From: a virus
Taxonomy: Duplodnaviria > Caudoviricetes
Length of the DNA stretch: 64,000 bases
Virus record (IMG/VR): IMGVR_UViG_3300048819_000142
Coordinates: 52,844 to 116,843 of that record
Direction: 5' to 3' (one strand)
Part shown: piece by piece, positions 54,823 through 64,000 of the stretch
Numbering within the stretch: position 1 is the stretch's first letter
How the letters are laid out: every line of letters starts with the position of its first letter
Notes under the pieces: model-generated
What the model saw: the letters and a program-made list of their open reading frames with translations, nothing else
Told to the model about the DNA's origin: nothing
Database searches by the model: none
Translations under genes and position numbers: made by a program

Positions 54823-57173
54823 TTGTTCCTCTCCAGGCCCACATTCCTCGGCGATCTCGCTTCGCGAGCATTCGCCTTGATTTCCAGATGAAGCAAAACG
54901 GTGCGGTGAGATCCTTGCCAATCAGCCAGGTTCGCCACTCGTCAAGGTCTGTAAAAGCCTTCATCGTAAACTCCCATCACAAGCTAGGTACTTCCACGCA
55001 AGACCGAGGCAGTAGCCACGGTCAAGCTTTAACTTGATGTCTCGTTCGAGAGCTTCCCATCCCTCTCTTTCGGCCCTAAACCGAGCATAGGGGGAAGTAC
55101 CCGACATCCAACGAGTCTTGGTAGCGCCAGATTGGCGCGCAAACACAAGTGCTCCTGGGTTGTTTAACCGCCGAGCGAGGGCTCCTACTTTGTAGAACCC
55201 CTCCTTCACGGCAATTCGTGACGCAATCTCGTGGACCCTACCTACCTGGGCCCACGATGGTACTACTAACAGTAAAAACGCCGCGACCTTGCGCGCTGCG
55301 CTCAAAACTTCACCACGTGGTCTGGGTAGATTCTTTCGAAGTCCGACCAGTTTTCGCCATTCGTTCCGATAAACGAAATGAGGGGTTTGTTGTCGCGCCC
55401 GATCCTTGCGAACATGCACATACCATACTTATCCAGTAGTGCCTGCATTTCGGGAATCATCAAGTCCATCTTGCTTGGCGGAGGATCTGCATTCGTTTGA
55501 ACCTTTATGCCAGGAGCAACAGCGAGGAGCCAAGCTTCGCACTCGTCCCTGCGTCCCTGAGCAATGTCGAGGATATACCGGCCATTGCCGTCATCAGCAT
55601 ACGTTGATGCTCGCCATGTCTCCGGCTCGACTTCCTCAAGCTGGGCAGCTACTGGGTTGCTTTTTGCCACCTAGTCATCCTCCCGAGCAGTCATCACCTC
55701 GGCCAAAGCCTCGGCAAATCTCGGATAACCCAACAGTTCCTTTTTGACCATGTCATATGTCAACTCGGTTTCCCTGGGTTCCCTCAGAGCCCATTCCGAT
55801 GACTCTCCGAGACCCAAAGACACTAAGTCCATGACACGATTGGTCAGGAAGTCGACCACTAAGTCATAGTCCTCTGCGTTCCGACCTCGAAGGATGCCGG
55901 CCGAGATAGTCCGAGCCATCTCCTTTGTAGTATCCTCACGCATGCCTTCGGCAAGGGCAAAGTCCCACGACCAGGCGAGGTACTCAAACACAAGTTTACT
56001 GAAGGAACTCCCCGTGCCGAAGTATACGTTCATGGACTCATCGACGATGTCGTCATCCATGTTCTTCACAAGCTCGATTGCTGCCTCATTCGACGTGGCT
56101 TCAACGTCAAATCCCTTTATCGTTACGCGCTGAACCCTGATAATATTACTCACCGAGTGTGTCCTCCTTCGGCCAGATGTATTCCCCAGGATCTCCCTGC
56201 AGTGTCAGTTCAAGGATCCCTGCGACGTCGTTATTGTCATCGACGTCGTCGAGTTCAGGGTCATGCTCCCACTTGTCGCGAACAGCGACAACTGCGTCTA
56301 AGATGTCCTCGCCCGTAGTCCCGTCAGGCACTTCGGCGAAGTAGGTCTTCGTCACTACCTGGTTGACTTCAATCGCTACCATCATGAGGTTCTCCTTATT
56401 CTTCTGGAAACTGGAGACCGAAGTCCTCGGCTACCTTCTCCATGTCCCACCTCGCAGTGCGCTCAGTTGGTACTGGCCCACCCTCTGATAGTACCACGTC
56501 ATTCTCCACCAGTTTCCAGAAATAGCCCTGGTAGGGGACAAAGTCGACGAGGTACCAGATACCGTTAAGCCTCTTCTTCATCTGGAGGCCCATCATTCGC
56601 GGCGTCGTAGTGTGGCGCGCAGACGAACACGCCCTGCACGATTACGCCATCTTCGCGGTAAAACTCGCCGTCGCAAACTTCGCAAACGTAGATCGTTCGG
56701 GCACTCATTCTTCTTCACCGTATGCAGCAAAATTCTCCCAGGCCCTGGTGAACATGGCCACGATTTTCGCCACCATCACCTCCTGGTCAGAGGATTCTGA
56801 CTCAGTCGTCGTGATCCTGACTACTTCGCCAGATACGGCATCCTCGATTTGAAGCTCGAGTGTGCACCCCGGATCGACAGCTTTGATTATAAGGAGTGGG
56901 TGATGCTTCTCCTTTGTGGGATCGAATTCTTTCATATTCAACTGCGCGACGAGTTCACTCACGGTAGACTGTTCCTTTCAGCGATGGCATCCTCCACCTC
57001 CAGCCAGAGGTAGCCGCACCTGCGGCAGCGAACAACCTTGAATCCGACGTCGAGTAGTTCGCGATGCCCGAGCACCATGTCCTTGACGTAGTCAAACACG
57101 TCACAGACGATGGCGTGCCTCACATGTTTCCAGAAACCATTACCCGACTTCGGGCTGTTCTTGTGCAGGAAGC

Positions 57174-57581
57174 TCAGCATAGACCTCCTCGGTCAACCCA
57201 GTCGAAATTAGCCACGATTGGATGCTCCCAAGGAAAGTTGCCTTCGGCCAAGCTGACAAAAGATTCTGGAGTCAGACCTTTGCCATACTCAGAGGCTTGA
57301 TACTCGGTGTTGGCGCAAAAGTCTCGCGCTAATGGCGTAAGATCACTTTCGCAGCAGATCATATCCACAGCTTCAACCCATTTCTCAAATACGAGACGAA
57401 TGTTCTTAACTTCGCCGTACTCATCCAGGTACTCGTCAGCCAGCTCACGGCACAGCCGAAGAAGGCTTTCGCGGGCGGATGATTCTTCTTTGCTGAGCTC
57501 CTTGCCATCTTCGAGCGCCATTTGGCAGTCGCGCATATCGCTCAGCGTATTCTGAAACCTGCAGTAAGACATGTTAGCCAT
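57174..57581 (-). CDS. Conserved phage hypothetical protein
   Basis: M.NMSYCRFQNT..D..DC N-terminal motif. Confidence 0.6.
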   Translation of the reverse strand: MANMSYCRFQNTLSDMRDCQMALEDGKELSKEESSARESLLRLCRELADEYLDEYGEVKNIRLVFEKWVEAVDMICCESDLTPLARDFCANTEYQASEYGKGLTPESFVSLAEGNFPWEHPIVANFDWVDRGGLC

Positions 57582-57744
57582 ATTCGTTTAAATCCTTGAC
57601 CGCCTGAGAGAATCCATGAATCCATTCAGGAGACTTGCCAACGCTAGATGTCCACGGTGAACACCGAGAAGGCCTGCTTGGACGCCGCACCTGCCTCTTC
57701 CTCGGTGCCGGCGTTTGCAGCCAGCGCCAGAAGGTCCCGTCAAC

Positions 57745-58263
57745 TCACAATGGCTTGTTGCAGAGCGAGCAGTCGTCCCCTGGGACGTGTACTTCTTCGA
57801 TTTGGTCATACTCCGGACGTCGCACGTCGAAGCGTTTCTGCGTCGCGTACATGGGATCGTATCCCTCATCGCCCGGATACCTCCTCGATTTGTCCGGCCA
57901 CAGGAGTTGGACAGCGTCCAAGTCCTCGCCGTGATACTCCGCTGCCTGACCGAGCCAGTCGTTGAAGTTGCTCGTGTCCACGGCAATCGACTTGACCTGG
58001 TAGTCCTTGACAACCTGATCGTGCAATTCGTTGGGAACCTGGAAACTGTGACCTTCCACGAGTCGCCGAACTGCCTCGCGCAATATGTGGTCTGCCTTTA
58101 TCGGTGGGAGTCCGTGGATCATCAGTTCCGGGTGACCGAACTTGTCAAGCATGCCAACGGTGTATATGGCCCCGCCAGGGACTCCCGTGATGATCCAGCC
58201 ATACTTGTCAATGGACTCATTGAGCTGCGGAATGGGGAACCGCTTCTTCTGTGCTATGCTCAC
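57745..58263 (-). CDS. DUF4262 family protein
   Basis: YTVG....GHPEL...GLP, AVQL.WPD..RYP. Confidence 0.75.
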   Translation of the reverse strand: MSIAQKKRFPIPQLNESIDKYGWIITGVPGGAIYTVGMLDKFGHPELMIHGLPPIKADHILREAVRRLVEGHSFQVPNELHDQVVKDYQVKSIAVDTSNFNDWLGQAAEYHGEDLDAVQLLWPDKSRRYPGDEGYDPMYATQKRFDVRRPEYDQIEEVHVPGDDCSLCNKPL

Positions 58264-58657
58264 TTTGTCTTCTTCTCCTTCCTGACCTTCTCGATCTCTG
58301 CATCTCCCTTGTGCGTGCGAACTTCCTCAACCAAGGTTTCCGCGTCTCGCTTGTAGTGGATCTTGCGAGGAAAGAAGCCCTCGCGAAATATCCCCGGACT
58401 AGGGGGTTTTGTCAGCGTTACCTGCCACATCGTTGTTGCCCTCCAGGGCTGCTTTTTTCATTATCCAGCCTAGGTGTTGGGGGCTCGATAGAGTAGTCCC
58501 AGTATCTCAAACTCGTTTTACCGGCGATCGCAACCAACCCAGTTTTCCTAGTATGCATCACTTCTCCGATGCCATCAACGAATGCGCAGTAGTCGCCATC
58601 GAATGGGAATTGCTTGAGTTCGTCGACGTTTTTGAACGCGATCATTTTAAATCGTTG

Positions 58658-59249
58658 CTCCCAACTCCAGGCTCAAACACTCGTCATCAAATATACCTGA
58701 CCTCGTGCAACCGGTTGCAGGAAGGCCGCCAATGCTTGAGCCTGGAGTTCAGAGTCCCCGCCTCTTGAAGCGAGACTTCACGCGCGCGGCGGGGAAAGAC
58801 GTGCGTGGTCCTGAGAGCTATATCGGAGTCCCGAACTAGCGACATCTCAATCATTCGGGCCGTGTTTAATCATCGCATAAGGTTTTCCTCCCAACTCCAG
58901 GTTCAAGCTTTTACTGACCCCCGCCACCTGCTAAATCCCGGTGGAATAGAGTAAATCCGCTTGAGCCTGGAGTTCGGAGTCTGTTCAATTCGGGAACAGT
59001 CCGATGGCCCAGGTCAATTCCTCGATCCCAGCTTTTACTATAGCTTGGTCCATGCGGGTGTCGACTCCTCGAACATCCTGCAACTTTGTCAACTTCTCCT
59101 CCAGGAAGTCTAGCCTCGCCACCAACAATTCCTTCATCTTCGCCATTTGAATTTCCTCCCAACTCCAGGTTCAAGACCCGCACCCGATCCCAACCAGGCG
59201 CGCCTGGACTGCAGGGATACATTAGCTGCTTGAACCTGGAGTTTGGAGT
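58658..59249. repeat. Three inverted-repeat units CTCCCAACTCCAGG(C/T)TCAA-N55-60-TTGA(G/A)CCTGGAGTT
   Basis: Units at 58658-58754, 58888-58979 and 59156-59249; the minus-strand 3' arm contains a GGGAG(G) Shine-Dalgarno. Confidence 0.8.
58986..59147 (-). CDS. Unannotated 53-aa ORF (MAKMKELLVARLDFLEEKL...)
   Basis: GGGAGG RBS from the hairpin arm 8 nt before ATG; below the ORF-track length cutoff. Confidence 0.55.
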
Positions 59250-59901
59250 CCCTGCCCGAGCAGTTGCCTCGAGCAGGGGACTACTACTTGTGGTCGTGAA
59301 TCTTTTCCCGAGTTGCGGTACTCACGCAACCTCCTTCTTCGCGCTCTTCACCGCGAAAAAGTTGCCGTCATCGTCGAGCCGGTAAGGCGTGTTGGGCTCA
59401 AGTTCGCCATCGCCATCGCCATCCTTTATGTGCGCAATCCTCGTCTGGTTGAACCATGCCGCGGTAAGTACCTCTCCGCAACGCCACGTTTGCGAGGATC
59501 CTGGGCTCGCGGCAGGCGCTACCTTGTCGCGAACCCAGGACCTAATTGACCAGCTCTGGCGGTTTCTCAACCCACCGCGACGGGCCATCCTTCGAGGGCA
59601 GCAGTGCTACCCTCGAGAATATCGGTTCAGGAGTCTGGAGGATGGAGCCCACGGCGCCCAGCTGTGTGATCCCCATCGTGTGCGCCGCTTTCTCGTCCTC
59701 GGGTCTTGCTCGGACGAGCAACTCCTTCAACTTATGCTCCCGCACAAGCGGGTAACATTCGTGACACGCTGCCCATGCGCCAGCCTCGAACCGCACCCCC
59801 TGTGCCCCATCCTTCGGAGGGGGGACACGGAGGACGATGAACTCACGAGTAGGAAAGAACCAGAGTCCCTCGTGCTCCTCGTTGCAGAAGTCACAGGTCA
59901 C

Positions 59902-60963
59902 TTAGCTCACCACCACGTAGTCAGCAGCAACCTCTGCCGTTTCGGCGCCGCGTGTAAGCACCATCCCAGACGGCACATACTCAAGCCCATCGCCAGTTGC
60001 GCCGGCAATTGCTGGCGCAGCGTCACGGCCAGTAATCTTCACGTAACCTTTGCCGATCCAGGGGGCGTGGTGAGTCCTGCCGTACCTCTCAGGTATCGTG
60101 CGATAGTAGATACGGCGACCAGTGCGGCCAAACGGCGTGGTCACGAACGCCAGCGTGATGTAGTCGTTCCATGCAGCGCCACGTCCGGTTGCTCCCAGTT
60201 GGTAGCGGGCGAGGCTGCGACCGAAGTATCGCGCTGCCATCGCTAAGTTTTCACTGTAAGACTGCTGTGGGTAGAACCGCTCATACGTCTTCATGTAATA
60301 CCCGAGGTGCTCCTCGCTGATTGTGCCAGTCCAGGAGGGAAGCATATCCTTGAACAGCTTGGGACGAAGGTCCTCGGGACGATGAAGGATTACCTCGATG
60401 GTTGAGGCATTTTCCTCAGCTTGTTTTAGGAATGTCGCTCGATCAGTCACGTCCAGTTCGGACGAAAACTTTGCGCCAGTGTCGATGATGTTCGACAGCA
60501 CGGGCAGACTGCTCGCGTAAGATGAACCAGTCGCTCTCCCGTACAGCGACGACTCCGTGAAGACCTCGAGGCGAACTCGCAGGTCGAGCCCGGGCTTGTA
60601 GTGTTCCTTCACTCGGCGATTTAGGCAGCGAAGCTGCTTGAATGCCATGAGGTCCGCAACGTCGAGGATGTTCCCCGATTGCTTAGAACCTCCCCACGGC
60701 ACGAATACTGGTACGGGAAGGTCGTGCTCCATCGCGTCGCGAACAACCTTACGGATAGCTACGAGCGACTCGGGATCGGGAGTCGGACCGTACCTATGCT
60801 GCTTGGTACCGACCAGTTCCGTTGCGACCGCGTCAAGCGTAGCCTGTCCCTTGGGCATTGCCCCCGGGAACTCCATCTCGGCCATTGCCTCGAGCGAGTG
60901 TATGTACGGGTCATCGTCCGTACCTCTTATTCGTATCTGCATGCTGCCCTCCACGTTGTTCAC
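59902..60963 (-). CDS. Putative PvcA/Dit1-like isonitrile synthase family protein
   Basis: PVFVPW...K....D.AD....KQL..L...V...Y.PG..L...E and C-terminal APW resemble the PvcA/Dit1 pattern. Confidence 0.45.
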   Translation of the reverse strand: MNNVEGSMQIRIRGTDDDPYIHSLEAMAEMEFPGAMPKGQATLDAVATELVGTKQHRYGPTPDPESLVAIRKVVRDAMEHDLPVPVFVPWGGSKQSGNILDVADLMAFKQLRCLNRRVKEHYKPGLDLRVRLEVFTESSLYGRATGSSYASSLPVLSNIIDTGAKFSSELDVTDRATFLKQAEENASTIEVILHRPEDLRPKLFKDMLPSWTGTISEEHLGYYMKTYERFYPQQSYSENLAMAARYFGRSLARYQLGATGRGAAWNDYITLAFVTTPFGRTGRRIYYRTIPERYGRTHHAPWIGKGYVKITGRDAAPAIAGATGDGLEYVPSGMVLTRGAETAEVAADYVVVS

Positions 60964-61761
60964 GTTGTCTGCTTCCTTCCAGTCGGCGTGCCAGCCGGCC
61001 GGCTAATTGGCGTTAGCAGTCGGTGGAGCAAGTTTGAGCTCGACCTTCCGTTGCACCGAAACCTTCTTCTTGGCAGGCATTACTTCTTCTCGCCTACCTT
61101 CTTCTGGCAGTCCGGACAGATGTGTGTCGAGAGCTGCACGAGTATCGCGGGATCTAGTGTCGGAAAAGCAAGACGGAGGGGGACTCCCTTGCGTCTCGCA
61201 TCAAGACCAGCCTTCGGAACTTCGAAGTTATACACGATCTTGCAATCCGGGCACTTAGATTCCACTGGGACCATTTCTTCTGTTGCCATAACCATTCCTT
61301 CCGAACAAAGCCTATATGTCCCGTTTGACCATAGCTTGGGTCGCTATGCCGGGCTCAGACACGTGCGGAGAAAAGCTTACCCCGCCAGTCGGCTCCCAGC
61401 CGTCAGCCATCTTGGCCTTGACCTTCGCCACGAGTTCTGCGAACGTCGATTCTGCAATAATGACGTAATCAGTCAATGTCGATCTCCTCTTCTGACGTCT
61501 CTCCGTCCACGACCAGAGCCGCATAGCTCGGGTATTCGAAGTCGCAGTCCTTCACGACCTCAGGTAAGTCTGCGCGCAGTAACTTCTGGACGTAATCCCG
61601 AATCTCCTGTTCGTCCACGATGTTTTCCGGAACGTCTACTTCGATGTACTTCGAAGCGCAGAAGTATACCACGACGGGTACGATCTTCTTATTGACTTCA
61701 GCAGCAGTCTCATACATGCTCGTTCTCCTCCATGAGTTCCCATGGCAGTGTCCATAACTAC

Positions 61762-61792
61762 ATTGTACAGCGGAAATGCTCGGGCACAACGG
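61762..61792 (-). promoter_or_regulatory. Phage CCG-N22-(-10) promoter
   Basis: CCGTTGTGCCCGAGCATTTCCGCTG-TACAAT. Confidence 0.65.
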
Positions 61793-62185
61793 GTTAGTTA
61801 CCGTCGATTATGCTTCCTGCCCTTGCCTACAAACTTGGGAGATCTCGGAAACCGTTGCTTTTCTCGAGGTTCCGGAATGTCGGACTTTATGTCGATGCGC
61901 GGCAGCCCAGGCTCCGGACTCCGGTCCCGCTCCACTCACAGCTCAATTTCCTTACCGTCGAGTGGGGAACCTGGAGTCTGGAGCTTCGTGGCAAGTTTGT
62001 CCCTCACAAGTCCTCTTTTCGGGCAACCTCTTCCACGCCACCGTCGTTCACGACCTCGATAAGCTGGTCCTCGTCAACGGTATTCTCGCAGAAGCACCCC
62101 ATGATTTTGCACGTGTTGCAGGTTACCGACCCGCAGCATTCCGCTGGCTTGTTGTCCGTTGGCTGCCCGCACAGGTCGCACTTGC

Positions 62186-62830
62186 TCACAGCTCCTCCTG
62201 ATGATCACGGCCACGATTGCGCCTCGCGTGCGCGGCCTCGGAGGTTCGGCGATCTTCAACCGCACCCGGCAAGGAATCGTACCCCCTGTCGGTCGCCTCA
62301 TCCGCTAAGCTCTGTAGCTTAGCGAATATTGCCAGTGACTGCTCCTGCGAGAAGTTGATCCCAGCCAGCTTCAGCTGGGACGTCGCGAACGCAAAACTCT
62401 GCAACGTGACGGGTTGGTCCTCGTCGAAACACGGCGGATACTTCCCGTCTCCCTCGAAGCGAATGGTGCCGTCCTCGCCAACATCGGGAGGAAGTAGGTC
62501 CACTTCCGTAGGGGCGTGGTCCACGACACCAGCCAAGGCATTCGCCAGGACCGTGTCTGCGGTCTGCAGGTCGAAGTGCCCGCGACGGGTGAACGCATTG
62601 ATCCCCTCCTTGCAGAGGCGAACCTTTTCACGGTCCACGATGATCTGGCTCTTCAGGACGTCGACGAGGAAAGCTTCCATATCGTCCCAGTCCATGCTGA
62701 TGGTTTTCTTCTCCCAGACCACATCGATCGCGGAAAGAAACCAGTCCAAACCAAATCGCGGGGGCGAGCCGAAGTCCTTCGTCGACAGCCAGAACCGCCG
62801 GTAAACTTGATCTTGCTTCATCGTCCTCAT
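62186..62830 (-). CDS. Hypothetical protein
   Basis: Long ORF on the coding strand. Confidence 0.5.
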   Translation of the reverse strand: MRTMKQDQVYRRFWLSTKDFGSPPRFGLDWFLSAIDVVWEKKTISMDWDDMEAFLVDVLKSQIIVDREKVRLCKEGINAFTRRGHFDLQTADTVLANALAGVVDHAPTEVDLLPPDVGEDGTIRFEGDGKYPPCFDEDQPVTLQSFAFATSQLKLAGINFSQEQSLAIFAKLQSLADEATDRGYDSLPGAVEDRRTSEAAHARRNRGRDHQEEL

Positions 62831-63187
62831 TCGAGTTCAACCCCCATGCCTTGATTCCTCACACCGTCACCATCGCGCCGCGGGAAACAACGAACGACCG
62901 TCGCCGCAGTTCCTGCAGTGCCTTAAAGTTCCCATCACGCCGTGACTCGAAGTGAAACGCCGAACGTCCGGTGTCAGCTTCGTCCAGACCGAATGTGACC
63001 GACTGGTACGTGTTGCCCGTAGTCATGTTCTTTGCCACGCCGACGGCGCGCATGTCCCGGTTAATCCGGTAGCCAAGGCTTTCAACTTCAGCCTTGAGCG
63101 CGGCCATCGTCAACTGCTTGCCGCCAGACCTCAGCGACTCTGTAACTTCAAGTTCCAAGTTCATGCCAGGGGAGATCTTTCTCCCTT

Positions 63188-63778
63188 TCATGCTGTCTCC
63201 TTCGGCCTGTTCTCCTCGATCCACTGCCTCACCAGGGCGATGGCCCTGGCGTACGGCTCCCACGGAAGGCACTCAGGGTGTTCGGCCAGCTCGGCCGGAG
63301 CCTGGAGCCAGTATTCGAGCTCGTGTGTAATGCAACCCACCCCAATACTCTGGAATGAGTGTGGATACACGATGTATGGGTGACACTGCACCTGACAGGG
63401 GGTAGTTTCATACTTCACCCCGTCGCCGAGCTTCACCCCGTCGCCGAGCTTCACCCAGTCGCCGAGCGTCACCCCGTCGCCGAGCGTCACCCGGTTGCCG
63501 AGCGTCACGTCATTGCCGAGCGTCACGTCATTGCCGAGCGTCACGTCATTGCCGAGCGTCACGTCATTGCCGAGCGTCACGTCATTGCCGAGCTTCACCC
63601 AGTTGCCGAGCGTCACCCAGTTGCCGAGCGTCACCCGGTTGCCGAGCTTCACCCCGTCGCGGAGCGTCACGTCGTTGCCGAGCGTCACCCGGTTGCCGAG
63701 CGTCACGTCGTTGCCGAGCTTCACGTCGTCTGGAATTGTGCAATTTGCAAATTTTGACCGTGCGTTTGCTGCCGCCAT
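63188..63778 (-). CDS. Hexapeptide-repeat (left-handed beta-helix) protein
   Basis: About 18 (N/D)xV(T/K)LG hexads encoded by 18-bp tandem repeats (~63410-63730); C-terminal IGVGC..H...W; AGGAGG RBS. Confidence 0.8.
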   Translation of the reverse strand: MAAANARSKFANCTIPDDVKLGNDVTLGNRVTLGNDVTLRDGVKLGNRVTLGNWVTLGNWVKLGNDVTLGNDVTLGNDVTLGNDVTLGNDVTLGNRVTLGDGVTLGDWVKLGDGVKLGDGVKYETTPCQVQCHPYIVYPHSFQSIGVGCITHELEYWLQAPAELAEHPECLPWEPYARAIALVRQWIEENRPKETA

Positions 63779-64000
63779 CTTGCCTCCTTACTTGACCTCT
63801 GGGACGTATAAGACCATACCGTCAGCAAAGCTGATGGCATTACCACGCGCCGTGTTCGATTGCGCCCAACACGTCCTCGACCTCGGCCATACCCTCGGCG
63901 CTGGTGATGAGCGAGAGAGGCGTCCGATTATCTAGGGAAGGTACTTCAGTTTCCAGCCACCGCATTGCCTTCTCGCGGGAGCCAAACACTTCGGTCGCCC

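Noticed and set aside
58658-59249. Mini-CRISPR or MITE
   Set aside because: Repeats alternate in orientation as hairpin arms, ORFs lie between units, loops are unrelated and no target-site duplications or transposase were seen
63359-63935. Plus-strand repetitive ORFs (AERHVI and PSVTSL repeats)
   Set aside because: Alternative frames of the 18-bp repeat; the minus-strand frame has an RBS and a hexapeptide signature
1-64000. Alternative genetic code or prophage boundary
   Set aside because: Core genes are intact under the standard code, and no integrase, att site or host-like gene block was recognised

Overview
This window looks like part of a large dsDNA bacteriophage genome. Genes are densely packed and almost all on the minus strand; no rRNA genes or host housekeeping operons are present. 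From left to right it contains: (1) a holin fragment; (2) a replication module (SNF2 helicase, UvrD-like helicase, AEP primase, SSB-like protein, PD-(D/E)XK nuclease, family A DNA polymerase); (3) a nucleotide-metabolism and probable base-modification module (dCMP deaminase, YhaM-like HD nuclease, thymidylate-synthase homologue with the dCMP-type Asp, Tmk, ThyX, two MazG-like pyrophosphatases, deoxyribosyltransferase-like protein, methyltransferase, UDG-like protein); (4) DUF932; (5) a Ro60/TROVE gene directly downstream of an array of five structured RNAs; (6) a ~10.5-kb glycosylation/heptose island; and (7) a long accessory region with a circularly permuted (two-piece) tmRNA, tRNA-Arg(CCT), RNA-repair-type HADs, an HNH nuclease and many small ORFs. 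The best candidate for a new system is the Ro60-linked array at 24571-25249. The five RNAs share one covarying closing-stem/internal-loop scaffold but carry different cargo, and three cargos are tRNA bodies opened at the D-loop or at the acceptor stem. Other unexplained structure includes three dispersed ~80-bp elements with an exact 66-bp TGACCA spacing, a phage-specific CCG-N22-(-10) promoter motif in about 12 copies, six paralogues of a winged-helix-like domain, and a family of long hairpins in front of ribosome-binding sites. All protein calls come from motif recognition by eye; no database searches were run.
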